64,000 nucleotides of DNA from Escherichia coli O157:H7 (GTDB lineage: Bacteria > Pseudomonadota > Gammaproteobacteria > Enterobacterales > Enterobacteriaceae). The stretch lies in the NCBI RefSeq assembly GCF_013167455.1, contig NZ_CP038328.1, one strand, 5' to 3'. The notes beneath the pieces were generated by a model. The model was not told the origin of the DNA. It made no database searches and was given only the letters and a program-made list of their open reading frames with translations. Position numbers and translations under genes: made by a program. Shown in pieces: positions 1 to 13,354 of this stretch. The first letter of the stretch is position 1. Each line of letters starts with the position of its first letter.

Positions 1-249
1 TGCTGAAGCCCCTACCCGGTTGAGCGAGTTAAAGGCGCGCATCGGTGAACCAAGATGGAGCATAGAGGCGATAAAGCCAATGCCCATCAGCACCCATAAG
101 CCAAACATGCAGGCGATAACACGCTGCTGGGCTTCTGCTCGCAGGTCGCCTTTAAGCAGCGCCAAAGCCAGAACGATAAAACCACCCGCCACACATTGCC
201 CGAAGACCGTGAAGATCATCAGCGGCCATTCATGCCATCCACTTCCCAT
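1..249 (-). CDS. dmsC: DMSO reductase membrane anchor subunit DmsC, N-terminal 83 codons (3' end lies beyond window start)
   Basis: Reverse-strand translation of 1..249 reads MGSGWHEWPLMIFTVFGQCVAGGFIVLALALL..., hydrophobic, starting 2 nt after the dmsB stop; matches recalled DmsC N-terminus and operon order dmsABC. Confidence 0.85.
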   Translation of the reverse strand, partial: MGSGWHEWPLMIFTVFGQCVAGGFIVLALALLKGDLRAEAQQRVIACMFGLWVLMGIGFIASMLHLGSPMRAFNSLNRVGASA

Positions 250-250
250 C

Positions 251-868
251 TCACACCTCCTTCGGGTTTGCCAGATAGCCAGTGGTATCCCCGGTCGGGC
301 GGCTATTGGCATTGGGTTTGATCACAATATTCGGTTTGGTAAAGTGAGCTCGCGGCAACGGCGCAACGGCCGCCAGATCGCCATGTTTTTTACGCAGCTC
401 GTCGATAGGGCCGAAATCCAGCGCCCGCAGCGGACAAGATTCAACACAGATCGGCTTTTTACCCTCCGCAACACGGTCATAACAACCATCGCATTTGGTC
501 ATATGGCCTTTCGTTTCGTTATATTGCGGTGCGCCATACGGGCAAGCCATATGGCAGTAGCGGCAGCCAATGCACACATCTTCATCGACCACAACAAAAC
601 CATCTTCACGTTTATGCATCGCACCGCTCGGGCAGACTTTAGTACAAGCCGGATCTTCGCAGTGGTTGCACGAAATCGACAGATAGTAGGCAAACACGTT
701 CTGGTGCCAGACACCGTTATCTTCCTGCCAGTCGCCACCAGCATATTCATAAATGCGGCGGAAGCTGACTTCTGGCATCAAATCTTTGTAGTCTTTACAA
801 GCCAGCTCGCAGGTTTTGCAACCGGTGCAACGGCTGGAATCAATAAAAAATCCATACTGGGTTGTCAT
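251..868 (-). CDS. dmsB: DMSO reductase iron-sulfur subunit DmsB
   Basis: 205-aa ORF with four Cys clusters (CTGCKTCELAC, CNHCEDPACTKVCP, CIGCRYCHMACP, CDGCYDR...CVESCP) typical of 4Fe-4S ferredoxin subunits; immediately downstream of dmsA. Confidence 0.93.
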   Translation of the reverse strand: MTTQYGFFIDSSRCTGCKTCELACKDYKDLMPEVSFRRIYEYAGGDWQEDNGVWHQNVFAYYLSISCNHCEDPACTKVCPSGAMHKREDGFVVVDEDVCIGCRYCHMACPYGAPQYNETKGHMTKCDGCYDRVAEGKKPICVESCPLRALDFGPIDELRKKHGDLAAVAPLPRAHFTKPNIVIKPNANSRPTGDTTGYLANPKEV

Positions 869-878
869 CGGTTACTCC

Positions 879-3323
879 TTACACCTTTTCAACCTGAACA
901 AGGTTTGTATGTGACGGATTCCCCTTAGCGAGAGGAGACGGACGTTGAGTGGTCAGTACGTTAATACAACCACCCTTATCGACACGTTTTGCATCCGGGT
1001 CATACCAGGCACCTTCACCCAGTGCGACCACACCCGGCATCATTCGTGGCGTCACTTTCGCCTCAATATGAACCTCACCACGATCGTTAAAGATCCTGAC
1101 TTTATCGCCGTTGTGGATACCGCGTTTTTGGGCATCAAGCGGGTTGATCCACATTTCCTGACGGCAAGCCGCTTTCAGCACATCAACGTTGCCGTAAGTT
1201 GAGTGAACGCGAGATTTATAGTGGAAACCTGTAAGCTGCAGCGGATACTGTTTGTTCAGCGGATCCTGATAACTTTCAAAGCCCGGCGTGTAGATCGGCA
1301 GTGGATCGATCACATCGCCTTCTGGCAATTCCCAGGTAGCGGCAATGTCAGCCAGCGCCTGCGAATAAATCTCAATTTTACCCGATGGCGTGGTCAGTGG
1401 ATTTGCCTGCGGATCTTCACGGAAGGCTTTATAAGCAACGTGATGCCCTTGTGGGTCGCGCTTTTTAAAGATCCCCTGCTTGCGGAACTCTTCAAACGTT
1501 GGCAGTTCAGGAATCGCTTCCCGCGACTGGGCATACAGATGCCGCATCCACTCTTCCTGGGTACGGCCTTCAGTAAACTGTTGCTCAACGCCAAGACGTT
1601 TTGCCAGTTCGCTGGTCATTTCATAGATGGTCTTACATTCAAAGCGCGGTTTAATCACCTGATCGTTGAAAATCACGTAAGACATATTCCCGCAGGATGC
1701 ATCCAGTGCAAAGTCCATCTGTTCGGAAGCGGTGCAGTCAGGCAGCAGGATGTCAGCATATTTCGCCGATGAGGTCATGTGGCAGTCGATAACCACAATC
1801 AGCTCGCACTTCTTATCATCCTGAAGGATTTCATGGGTACGGTTGATTTCAGAATGCTGGTTAATCAGGCAGTTACCGGCATAGTTCCAGATCATTTTGA
1901 TCGGCACATCCAGCTTATCTTTCCCGCGCACACCATCACGTAGCGCCGTCATTTCCGGGCCACGTTCAATGGCATCGGTCCACATAAACATCGAAATGCT
2001 GGTCTGGATCGGGTTTTCCAAGGTCGGCATACGGACAAACGGTAAACTGTATGAACCTTCACGCGCGCCGCTGTTCCCTCCATTAATACCAACGTTACCG
2101 GTCAGAATCGCCAGCATCGAGATAGCACGGGTTGCGATTTCACCGTTAGCGTGACGCTGCGGGCCCCATCCCTGGCTGATAAACGCCGGTTTGGTACTGC
2201 CGATTTCACGAGCCAGTTTGATGATTTTGTCTGCCGGAACACCGGTGATTTGCGAGGCCCATTCCGGTGTTTTAGCCACGCCATCTGGCCCTTCACCCAG
2301 AATATAAGCTTTATAGTGGCCATTTTTCGGCGCACTGGCTGGCAGGGTTTTCTCATCGTAGCCAACGCAATATTTATCGAGGAATGCCTGATCCACCAGG
2401 TTTTCAGTGATCATGACGTACGCCAGACCGTTAACCAGTGCGGCATCTGTTCCCGGACGAATAGGGATCCACTCATCTTCGCGCCCGGCACCGGTGTCGG
2501 TATAGCGCGGATCGATGATGATCATGCGGGCATTAGATTTCTGGCGTGCCTGTTCAAGATAGTAAGTCACCCCACCGCCACTCATTCGCGTTTCGCCAGG
2601 GTTATTACCAAACAGCACTACCAGCTTACTGTTTTCGATATCCGACGGGCTGTTGCCATCTGCCCAGCCGCCGTAGGTATAGTTCAGACCTTCCGCAATT
2701 TGCGCGGAGGAGTAGTCGCCGTAATGGTTCAGATAGCCGCCGCAGCAGTTCATCAGCCGCGCGACCAGGGTATTTCCCGGCGGCCAGGAGCGGGTCATGG
2801 TGCCACCCAGCGTACCGGTGCCATAGTTCAGATAGATGGATTCGTTGCCGTACTCTTTGATCAGGCGCTGCATATTGGTCGCGATGATGTCGTAGGCTTC
2901 TTCCCAGCTAATGCGCTCGAATTTGCCTTCACCGCGCGCCCCGACTCGTTTCATCGGATATTTCAGGCGGTCCGGATTGTAGACACGGCGACGCATGGAA
3001 CGCCCACGCAGGCAGGCGCGAACCTGGTGCAGGCCGTCGTAATTGTCATCGCCGGTATTGTCCGTTTCGACATATTTGATTTCACCGTCCACGACGTGCA
3101 TACGTAGCGGGCAGCGACTACCACAGTTAACTGTACAGGCGCTCCAGATAACCTTTTCGCCTGATTTTGTTGGAATGGCGCTATCGACAGCGTGCGCAAT
3201 CCGACTAAAAGGTAATGTTAATGCGCTGCTGGCCATTGCCAGGCCGCCGATCGCTGTCGTTTTTACCAAACCACGGCGACTCACCTCAGCAGCCAATACC
3301 GCATCAGGGATTTTCGTTTTCAT
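879..3323 (-). CDS. dmsA: DMSO reductase catalytic molybdopterin subunit DmsA
   Basis: 814-aa ORF; N-terminal twin-arginine motif SRRGLVK; N-terminal Cys cluster CTVNCGSRCPLR; length matches recalled DmsA. Confidence 0.93.
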   Translation of the reverse strand: MKTKIPDAVLAAEVSRRGLVKTTAIGGLAMASSALTLPFSRIAHAVDSAIPTKSGEKVIWSACTVNCGSRCPLRMHVVDGEIKYVETDNTGDDNYDGLHQVRACLRGRSMRRRVYNPDRLKYPMKRVGARGEGKFERISWEEAYDIIATNMQRLIKEYGNESIYLNYGTGTLGGTMTRSWPPGNTLVARLMNCCGGYLNHYGDYSSAQIAEGLNYTYGGWADGNSPSDIENSKLVVLFGNNPGETRMSGGGVTYYLEQARQKSNARMIIIDPRYTDTGAGREDEWIPIRPGTDAALVNGLAYVMITENLVDQAFLDKYCVGYDEKTLPASAPKNGHYKAYILGEGPDGVAKTPEWASQITGVPADKIIKLAREIGSTKPAFISQGWGPQRHANGEIATRAISMLAILTGNVGINGGNSGAREGSYSLPFVRMPTLENPIQTSISMFMWTDAIERGPEMTALRDGVRGKDKLDVPIKMIWNYAGNCLINQHSEINRTHEILQDDKKCELIVVIDCHMTSSAKYADILLPDCTASEQMDFALDASCGNMSYVIFNDQVIKPRFECKTIYEMTSELAKRLGVEQQFTEGRTQEEWMRHLYAQSREAIPELPTFEEFRKQGIFKKRDPQGHHVAYKAFREDPQANPLTTPSGKIEIYSQALADIAATWELPEGDVIDPLPIYTPGFESYQDPLNKQYPLQLTGFHYKSRVHSTYGNVDVLKAACRQEMWINPLDAQKRGIHNGDKVRIFNDRGEVHIEAKVTPRMMPGVVALGEGAWYDPDAKRVDKGGCINVLTTQRPSPLAKGNPSHTNLVQVEKV

Positions 3324-3493
3324 AATGGCTCACTCAAGCTTGCTCACGATTGATTCCAGTAACAAACCGTATTGTGTAATTATTTCTATAGCAGATCGCT
3401 ATATAGGCTTGTATACATCGAATAATTTGAAAATCAAAGAGATAGGTAGATTTTCACTCGAAAGTAGTATTACGTGTAAGTGAGGAGTAATTA

Positions 3494-3507
3494 TTGTTCG
3501 GTATCAA
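3494..3507 (-). promoter_or_regulatory. Candidate FNR box (TTGATACCGAACAA on minus strand) in dmsA upstream region
   Basis: Minus-strand sequence TTGATACCGAACAA fits TTGAT-N4-ATCAA at 8 of 10 half-site positions; dmsABC is known to be FNR-activated; exact position relative to the transcription start not verified. Confidence 0.45.
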
Positions 3508-3513
3508 AGGGAG

Positions 3514-3542
3514 ACAAAAAAAGCGCCCGTAGGCGCTTTTTA
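3514..3542 (-). terminator. Intrinsic terminator downstream of serS (A-run / GC hairpin / T-run, potentially bidirectional)
   Basis: aaaaaaaGCGCCcgtaGGCGCttttt; perfect GC stem flanked by A-run and T-run, 20 nt past the serS stop. Confidence 0.6.
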
Positions 3543-3561
3543 GATTCAGAAAAATTGGGTA

Positions 3562-4875
<1,314 letters not shown>

Positions 4876-4944
4876 TTAAATGGGAGATGTGGCCACAGCC
4901 TGCGACCACAGGGATACAGTAACAACATTACCGCAACGATAACA

Positions 4945-6288
4945 TTAACGGTAGCGTTTTATGGGGCTATTTTGATCCTGTTCAGCCAGCCAGGCGAGCT
5001 TTTCGCCAATCTTGCCTTCAAGGCCCCTGTTTGTCGGGAAATAATAGCGTGTTTGTGCTATTTCCGGCGGGAAGTAAACCTCACCGGCAGCATAAGCGTT
5101 TGCTTCATCATGAGCGTAACGATATTCCTGCCCGTAGCCCATTTCCTTCATTAATTTCGTCGGCGCATTACGCAAATGAACCGGCACGTCATAATCCGGG
5201 CGTTCGCGAGCATCGGCCAGCGCGGCTTTAAACGCAGTGTAGACAGCGTTGCTTTTTGGCGCGCAGGCCAGGTAAACAATCGCCTGAGCAATGGCGCGTT
5301 CACCTTCCGCCGGGCCAACGCGAGTAAAGCAATCCCAGGCCGCAATTGCCACCTGCATCGCCCGTGGATCGGCATTACCGACGTCTTCAGACGCAATCGC
5401 CAGACAGCGACGCGCGACATATAACGGATCGCCACCAGCGGTAATAATTCGCGCATACCAGTACAGCGCCGCATCGGGTGCGCTACCACGTACCGACTTA
5501 TGCAGTGCGGAAATCAGATCGTAAAAGCGATCGCCTTTGTTATCAAAGCGGGCGCTACGTTCACCGGCGATTTCGGTCAGTAATTCAGGCTTCAGGACCC
5601 GCTTACCGCTATCATCGACTTCGGCCATATCCGCCATCATTTCCAGCGTATTTAACGCCCGGCGCGCGTCGCCATTCACCAGTTCTGCAATGGCACGTCG
5701 TGTTTCATCTGGCAGAACAATATCCTGACCACCATAGCCACGGGTTTTGTCTTCCATCGCCTGAGTTAGTACTTGCTCAATATCCTCTGTACTCAGGGAT
5801 TTCAACAGATAAACACGGGCACGGGAAAGCAGTGCCGAATTAAGCTCAAACGACGGGTTTTCAGTGGTTGCGCCAATAAAAGTGATGGTGCCGTCTTCAA
5901 TATGTGGCAGAAATGCATCCTGCTGGCTTTTGTTGAAACGGTGAACTTCGTCAACAAAAAGAATAGTGCGGCGACCTGCATTGCGGTTTTGCCGGGCGCG
6001 CTCGATCGCCTCGCGAATCTCTTTCACACCAGAGGTGACGGCAGAAATACGTTCCACATCAGCGTTCGCATAGCGGGCAATCACTTCAGCGAGGGTTGTT
6101 TTGCCGGTACCCGGTGGCCCCCAGAGGATCATAGAATGTAAATGCCCGGCTTCGATAGCGCGCGGCAACGGCTTCCCCGCAGCCAGCAAATGTTGCTGAC
6201 CGATATACTGTGCTAAATTTTCTGGCCGCATACGCGCGGCCAGAGGTTGAAAAGTATTATCCGAAAAATCGAGCGACAGATTGCTCAC
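4945..6288 (-). CDS. rarA: Replication-associated recombination protein A (AAA+ ATPase RarA/MgsA)
   Basis: 447-aa ORF; Walker [10 protein letters not shown]; Walker [11 protein letters not shown]; position between lolA and serS. Confidence 0.93.
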
Positions 6289-6298
6289 TCAGGTGCCT

Positions 6299-6910
6299 CT
6301 ACTTACGTTGATCATCTACCGTGACGCCTTGCGGCGGGGTGAAGGTAAATTTCGCTGCATCCACAGCCCCATTTTGCTGGGATTTCAGTTGATAACTGCT
6401 GCGCTGATCGTCCTGCTCCACCGCGCTAAACTGATGGATTGTGCCATCACGTCCCACGTTAATGGTGAACTGCTTCAGATTGCCATTGCTGGCTTTCGGC
6501 GTCAGGACAAAGTCATCGCCATTCTGTTTGATATTGTACTGCTGCCAGTCGCTGGACTGGTTGCGGGCAATCAGCATAAACGGCGTATTACCGGTGGCAT
6601 CTTTCAGCCAGGTTGCCGTAGCTTGCTCAACGAACGGGTTATAGAACCACAGTGTTTTACCGTCAGAAACCAGAATGCTTTCATCAGGTTGTGTCATATG
6701 CCAGTTGAATAAGTTTGGACGTTTCACCCACAGATCGCCCTGACCTTCCTGCACCGCCGCGCCGCTACCGTCAGTCACTTTTTGTGTGAAGCTGGCGTGG
6801 AAGCTGCTGACTTTATCCAGGCGGCTTTTCAGATCGCTTGCGGCATCAGCCCAAACGCTGCTTGCTACTAAGCTTGAGAGTAATGCACAGGTGATGGCAA
6901 TTTTTTTCAT
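6299..6910 (-). CDS. lolA: Outer-membrane lipoprotein carrier protein LolA
   Basis: [25 protein letters not shown]... with signal peptide; start set at the second Met to give the recalled 203-aa product; the upstream Met at 6913 is also possible. Confidence 0.92.
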
Positions 6911-7022
6911 CATTATTCCTCAAATTACGTCACTCCCGATCGGGAGTTCCCTCTACTCTCTATTCCAGGCTAATAATCAGCTTGAGGAAAGAAGAAAATA
7001 CTGAATTTTCAGTTGATAGAGT

Positions 7023-7054
7023 GCCGGATGCGACGCTACCGCGCCTTATCCGGC
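7023..7054. repeat. REP (repetitive extragenic palindromic) element between ftsK and lolA
   Basis: gccggatgcgacgctaccgcgccttatccggc resembles the canonical E. coli REP (GCCGGATGCGGCG...CGCCTTATCCGGCCTAC). Confidence 0.7.
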
Positions 7055-7064
7055 AATGCATTAA

Positions 7065-10000
7065 TTAGTCAAACGGCGGTGGGGACAGCACTTCACGATT
7101 ACCGTTGTGCCCCTGTTCGCTGACAATCCCCTGCGCTTCCATCTGTTCGATAATACGCGCTGCACGGTTATAACCAATGCGGAACTGACGTTGTACGCCA
7201 GAAATTGACGCTTTGCGTTTTTCAGTGACAAACTGCACCGCCTGATCGAACAACGGATCCAGTTCTTCAGCGCCATCGAAACCACCCGCACCACCTTCGC
7301 TTTCGCTGTCGGAGGTGATGCCATCAACATACTGTGGGCGACCACGCGCTTTCCAGTCCTGCACCACGGCATGAACTTCCTGATCGCGAACAAAAGCACC
7401 ATGGACACGTACCGGCAACGTGGAGTTCGGCCCAGAGTAGAGCATATCCCCCATACCCAGCAGTGATTCCGCGCCAGCCTGATCAAGAATGGTACGTGAG
7501 TCAATCTTACTGGATACGGTAAAGGCGATACGGGTCGGAATATTCGCTTTAATCAGACCAGTAATAACATCAACCGATGGACGCTGAGTTGCCAGTACGA
7601 GGTGGATACCCGCGGCACGGGCTTTTTGCGCCAGACGTGCTATCAGCTCTTCCACTTTTTTACCTACTGTCATCATCAGGTCGGCAAATTCGTCCACCAA
7701 CACCACAATGTATGGTTCTTTTTTCAGCACCGGATGCTGGGCATCCATACTGTCACCCGGCTTCCAGTACGGGTCTGGAATCGGACGCATCATGCGATCG
7801 GCTTCAGCAATTTTTTCGTTATAACCCGCCAGATTACGCACACCCAGCGCAGACATCAGTTTATAACGACGCTCCATCTCGTTAACACACCAGCGCAGCG
7901 CGTTGGCGGCATCTTTCATATCAGTAACGACTTCCGTTAACAGGTGCGGAATGCCTTCATACACCGAAAGCTCCAGCATTTTCGGGTCGATCATGATGAA
8001 ACGCACATCTTCTGGCTGTGCTTTATAAAGCATGCTCAGGATCATCGCGTTCACACCGACAGATTTACCGGAACCGGTAGTCCCCGCAACTAACAAGTGC
8101 GGCATTTTCGCCAGATCGGCAACCACCGGCTCACCGGCGATATCTTTACCCAGCACCACGGTTAATGGCGATGGATTATCGCGGAATTTGGCGTTATCCA
8201 ATACTTCGCGCAGATAAACGGTTTGTCGTTTTTTATTCGGTAACTCCAGACCTACATAGGGTTTGCCAGGAATAACTTCAACGACACGCACCGCCACCGT
8301 CGAAAGTGAACGGGCAAGGTCCCGTGACAAGTTAGAAATGCGCGCCGCTTTTACGCCCGGTGCCAGGTTAAGTTCAAAGCGAGTGATAACCGGCCCCGGA
8401 GAGTAATTGACGACATCGGCTTTAATACGGAAATCAGCCAGACGCGCTTCCACCAGGCGAGCCATTTGTTCAAGCGCAAAGGTATCTACCGGCTCCACTT
8501 CGCTCGGCGGCGGTGTCAGCAAATCCAGAGAAGGCAGCGGCGTCGTCGGTTTATGCAACGGACGGCTGTCGCCATTACGCATCAACAGCGGATGAAGCAG
8601 AGTATCCTGCGGCTGTGGCGCAACTGGCTGTTGTGGCTGCTGATACTGCGGCTGCGGTGCAACCGGTTGTTGCGGCTGTTGATACTGCGGCTGCGGCGCA
8701 ACTGGTTGTTGCGGCTGCTGATATTGCTGCTGTGGCGCAACCGGTTGTTGCGGCTGCTGATATTGTGGCTGCGGCGCAACCTGCTGTTGTGGCTGCTGAT
8801 ACTGCGGCTGTGGCGCAACCGGCTGTTGTGGCTGCTGATACTGCTGCTGCGGTGCAACCGGTTGTTGCGGCTGCTGTACAGGTTCAACAATTGGCGTAAA
8901 CAGCGGTTCGTGTGGACCATCATCCAGCAACGCTTTCATTGGCGAAAATTCAAAATCATCCAGCGAGAACGGATTCGCCCCAGCCGGTTGTTCGCCGGAA
9001 TAACGTTGTTGTTGAGTTTGCGCAAACTGACGAGCCAGTTCAGCCTCTGCCGCAGCATCTGCATCTTCTGCATTTACGGGCACATCATGTTGATACTGTT
9101 CGCCATAGCGTTGCTGCTGTGTCTGGGCGAACTGACGTGCCAGTTCATCCTGCTGCATCGCATCGATTTCATCATCGTTGTACTGATCGCCAGAATCGTA
9201 CTGATTGCGCTGGGCTTCACGGGCTTTTTCTTCCGCCGCACGCTGTGAGGGCAGCTTAATACCGTAAGACGCCAATTCACGACGAGTTGGCACGCGGATA
9301 CGTTTCGGTCGTGGCAACTGCGGGCCAATCCCCTCTTTGACCTGCGGACGCGGTCCACCGCTATTTGCCAGACTGAAGACTGGCGCGGCAACGGTTGCGG
9401 CAGCCCCCGTCGCCAGTGTCGCTTTTTTCACGCCAGATGCCAGCGGAGAAACAGCGGCAGCGGCTTCTACTGGAGGTACTGCTGCAACAGAAGGTGCTTT
9501 CAGCGAAGATTTGATCGGTTCTGGTTCTTTAACCGGTTCTGGAATCGGTTGATACCAGGCCGCAAGTTGTTCACGTTCACGGGCTCGCTTCTCTTCAACT
9601 TCTTCAAAGTAGTAAAGCGGCGGACGCGCGGGTTTTGTCTCTTCTACAACGGGTTCAGGCTCCACAACAGGCTGCTGTTCAACGGGTTGCGGCTGTTGGT
9701 ACAACGGCTCCTGAGCGGCTGGCTGCTGATAAGTTTGCTCAGTCTGGTATGTAGACTGTGGAGCAAAAGTGGATTGCTGCTCTTCGGCTTGCCAGGCGTT
9801 ACCTGCCACCGGTTGTTCTGGCGCAGGGGCATAATACGGCTGTTGCGCAGGTTGTTCAGCTGCAGGTGCATAATACGGCTGCTGCGGCTGTACTGGTTGT
9901 TGCAGCGGCTCATTATATTGCACTGCAGGCTGCGCATATTGTGACTGCTGTGGGTAACCTTCCGGTGCAGGAGCAATAACCGGCTCTCCCGTTTGTGGAC

Positions 10001-11093
10001 CCGGTACAGGCTGCCAGGCTACTGTAGGTTGCGAAGGTGGAACATCAACAGAGGCAACAGGCGGCGTCTGAGTCACAGGTTCAACCGGCGCAGCCCAGCT
10101 TTGTGTCGCCGTGGTAGCAGCAGCTGCTACAGCGACAGGTTCGGTAATTGGCGCACCGTTTAATAATGGATCGTATTCGTCATATTCTGGCTGCGTTGCA
10201 CGATTGCCCGAAAATAGGACGTCGTCCGGGTCGGCAGCCACACCGCGTGCAGTGTAGGTAATCTCTTCGTCATCATCCATCCGCTTACCGGAGAACAACG
10301 CAGCGTCTGTTTGCCGCCCCATCGGATTAATGAATTTTTCCGCCAACCGTTTACGACGCGCTAGCGCGCCGCGAAGAATACGGGCACGGCGTGATTCATG
10401 CTGTTTGCCGTGGTTTTCATCTTCATACTCTTCGTCGTCTTCATACTCATCTTCATCGACCCAGGTATCATCGCGACGGGTACGATTACTGGCGAAGGTG
10501 AGAATGTTTAAAATCCAGCCGCCGAGTTTTTCAGCAATGGTCACCCATGACCAACCGGTGAACAACGTCAGGCCCGCTGCCCAAACGCAGAGCAGCGCAA
10601 TAGTTCCCCCGCTACTGTGTAGCAGTGGTTGTAGCGTAGTGCTTAGTAAGCTGCCAATGACGCCACCGGAGGCAAAATACCAGATATCGTCAGCGTTGAT
10701 TGCCGCCAGACCACAGGAGGTAAGGATGAGCGCCAAAACGCCAATGATGCGTAGCGAAACGGCAAAATAATCAATGTTTTCGTCGCTGGACTGATGACGC
10801 CAGGCAAACCAACAACCGCCGACAATAATGACGGGAATGGTGTAAGCCATCACGCCAAAAATAAAGAACAGCGTATCTGCCAACCACGCACCGGGCATCC
10901 CACCTAAATTATGGATAGGTTCATGCCAGGCCGTTTGCGACCAGCTGGGGTCCGAAGGGTTAAAGCTTAGTAAGGCAGCCATCAACCAGACGGCAAACAG
11001 GACAATAAGGATCAGCAACGCCTCCAGAAGGCGGCGGCCGCTACTTAACTTTGTCAATGTGACTTCTTTGTCTTCAGTGTATTCCTGGCTCAA
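7065..11093 (-). CDS. ftsK: DNA translocase FtsK
   Basis: 1342-aa ORF; N-terminal membrane domain, long Pro/Gln-rich linker, C-terminal motor with Walker A GTTGSGKS; the recalled K-12 protein is 1329 aa, a difference of exactly one 13-aa linker repeat. Confidence 0.95.
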   Translation of the reverse strand: MSQEYTEDKEVTLTKLSSGRRLLEALLILIVLFAVWLMAALLSFNPSDPSWSQTAWHEPIHNLGGMPGAWLADTLFFIFGVMAYTIPVIIVGGCWFAWRHQSSDENIDYFAVSLRIIGVLALILTSCGLAAINADDIWYFASGGVIGSLLSTTLQPLLHSSGGTIALLCVWAAGLTLFTGWSWVTIAEKLGGWILNILTFASNRTRRDDTWVDEDEYEDDEEYEDENHGKQHESRRARILRGALARRKRLAEKFINPMGRQTDAALFSGKRMDDDEEITYTARGVAADPDDVLFSGNRATQPEYDEYDPLLNGAPITEPVAVAAAATTATQSWAAPVEPVTQTPPVASVDVPPSQPTVAWQPVPGPQTGEPVIAPAPEGYPQQSQYAQPAVQYNEPLQQPVQPQQPYYAPAAEQPAQQPYYAPAPEQPVAGNAWQAEEQQSTFAPQSTYQTEQTYQQPAAQEPLYQQPQPVEQQPVVEPEPVVEETKPARPPLYYFEEVEEKRAREREQLAAWYQPIPEPVKEPEPIKSSLKAPSVAAVPPVEAAAAVSPLASGVKKATLATGAAATVAAPVFSLANSGGPRPQVKEGIGPQLPRPKRIRVPTRRELASYGIKLPSQRAAEEKAREAQRNQYDSGDQYNDDEIDAMQQDELARQFAQTQQQRYGEQYQHDVPVNAEDADAAAEAELARQFAQTQQQRYSGEQPAGANPFSLDDFEFSPMKALLDDGPHEPLFTPIVEPVQQPQQPVAPQQQYQQPQQPVAPQPQYQQPQQQVAPQPQYQQPQQPVAPQQQYQQPQQPVAPQPQYQQPQQPVAPQPQYQQPQQPVAPQPQDTLLHPLLMRNGDSRPLHKPTTPLPSLDLLTPPPSEVEPVDTFALEQMARLVEARLADFRIKADVVNYSPGPVITRFELNLAPGVKAARISNLSRDLARSLSTVAVRVVEVIPGKPYVGLELPNKKRQTVYLREVLDNAKFRDNPSPLTVVLGKDIAGEPVVADLAKMPHLLVAGTTGSGKSVGVNAMILSMLYKAQPEDVRFIMIDPKMLELSVYEGIPHLLTEVVTDMKDAANALRWCVNEMERRYKLMSALGVRNLAGYNEKIAEADRMMRPIPDPYWKPGDSMDAQHPVLKKEPYIVVLVDEFADLMMTVGKKVEELIARLAQKARAAGIHLVLATQRPSVDVITGLIKANIPTRIAFTVSSKIDSRTILDQAGAESLLGMGDMLYSGPNSTLPVRVHGAFVRDQEVHAVVQDWKARGRPQYVDGITSDSESEGGAGGFDGAEELDPLFDQAVQFVTEKRKASISGVQRQFRIGYNRAARIIEQMEAQGIVSEQGHNGNREVLSPPPFD
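8607..8877. repeat. 39-bp tandem repeat (about 6.9 units) within ftsK encoding the PQQPVAPQ(P/Q)QYQQ linker repeats
   Basis: Unit boundaries read directly at 8607, 8646, 8685, 8724, 8763, 8802, 8841; units differ by a few substitutions. Confidence 0.9.
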
Positions 11094-11171
11094 GAAAGGC
11101 TCTCCAGGTTACAGGCTTTTCCTGCCCGATGCTAAAACGGACAACAGTACCAGGTTACCCCAGTACTGTTG

Positions 11172-11187
11172 CTGTATGGATTAACAG
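11172..11187. promoter_or_regulatory. LexA (SOS) box CTGT-N8-ACAG upstream of ftsK
   Basis: CTGTATGGATTAACAG fits CTGT-N8-ACAG; ftsK was originally described as the damage-inducible gene dinH; site lies about 80-95 nt upstream of the ftsK start. Confidence 0.6.
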
Positions 11188-11227
11188 GAGTGTAATCAAA
11201 ATACGCCGATTTTGCACCTGTTCCGTG

Positions 11228-11722
11228 TTAGCGCGTCTTAATAACCAGACGATTACTCTGCTTGACTTCTTCCATAACAACGTATGTCCGTGTGTCATTG
11301 ACGCCAGGCAGACGCAGCAGGGTTTCCCCCAGCAACTTACGGTAGGCTGACATATCCGGCACGCGTGTTTTCAACAGGTAGTCGAAATCACCAGATACTA
11401 AATGACACTCCTGAATTTCTTCAAGTTTTTGTACAGCGGTATTGAATTGTTCAAACACATCCGGTGCGCCACGATTCAGAGTAATCTCAACGAATACCAG
11501 AAGTGATGCATCCAGATAATGGGGGTTAAGCAGCGCCGTATAGCCCTGAATAAACCCTTGTCTTTCCAGCCGACGCACACGCTCAAGGCACGGCGTTGGG
11601 GAAAGTCCCACACGTTTAGAAAGCTCGACGTTAGAAATACGCCCATCCTTTTGCAACTCATTAAGAATGTTACGATCGATACGGTCGAGATCTTTGCCAG
11701 GGCGCTTCTTGCTATCTACCAT
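11228..11722 (-). CDS. lrp: Leucine-responsive regulatory protein Lrp
   Basis: ORF contains MVDSKKRPGKDLDRIDRNILNELQKDGRISNVELSKRVGLSPTPCLERVRRLERQGFIQGY...; start set at the Met giving the recalled 164-aa product. Confidence 0.95.
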   Translation of the reverse strand: MVDSKKRPGKDLDRIDRNILNELQKDGRISNVELSKRVGLSPTPCLERVRRLERQGFIQGYTALLNPHYLDASLLVFVEITLNRGAPDVFEQFNTAVQKLEEIQECHLVSGDFDYLLKTRVPDMSAYRKLLGETLLRLPGVNDTRTYVVMEEVKQSNRLVIKTR

Positions 11723-12149
11723 TATTATTGTCTCTCTGTATTCCTTCCCTACTCCTGTCTGACCCTGAAACATCACTGTTCAGAGTCGCTACCCGTCACG
11801 ATAGACCGAAATCATGAAGATTCACGGCGCGCAATGCCTGGGTCTACGGTGAGAAGACCGTTGCCTTGTGGCAGCTATCGACATCACGAATGGCGTCTGT
11901 CCACGCCATACGTAGATTTCACTAGCACGGTAAACATGGTATTTACATGCATGGTTATGCGCATATAAGAATACTGTTTTTTTTCTTCCTCGAATGTTTT
12001 CGCAAAACACCAGGGGATTGTCAAAGCAAAACATCGATTTTTAGTACAACATGCCAGATATTCATTAACAGGGGCGTTTATTCATCATTTAATCGGCTTA
12101 TAAAGCGGGAAATTTAAGTAGCAGAGGTGATAATGACGGGAGAATTTGA

Positions 12150-13232
<1,083 letters not shown>

Positions 13233-13259
13233 TTTTACAAATCAGTAACAAAAGTAAAG

Positions 13260-13299
13260 AAGGCGACACCATGCGACTATGGGTCGCCTTTATTTTTTC
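13260..13299 (+). terminator. Intrinsic terminator downstream of trxB
   Basis: AAGGCGAC...GTCGCCTT hairpin followed by TATTTTTTCC. Confidence 0.65.
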
Positions 13300-13354
13300 C
13301 CCGTTGTAACATTGCTCTGCAAATAATTCTGATAACTCACCTGCTAAGCGTGCA

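Noticed and set aside
20-928. 302-aa plus-strand ORF overlapping dmsC and dmsB
   Set aside because: Lies entirely antisense to two well-supported genes whose products I recognise; a shadow ORF created by the codon structure of the opposite strand.
3449-3462. TTTGAAAATCAAAG as a possible FNR site upstream of dmsA
   Set aside because: Half-site spacing is 3 nt rather than the 4 nt required by TTGAT-N4-ATCAA; the nearby TTGATACCGAACAA is a better fit.
8466-9979. Multiple plus- and minus-strand ORFs (e.g. 8466..9248, 8513..8899, 8582..8923, 9549..9944) inside the ftsK linker
   Set aside because: They sit within the ftsK coding region and arise from the low-complexity tandem repeats; their translations are simple repeats with no start context.
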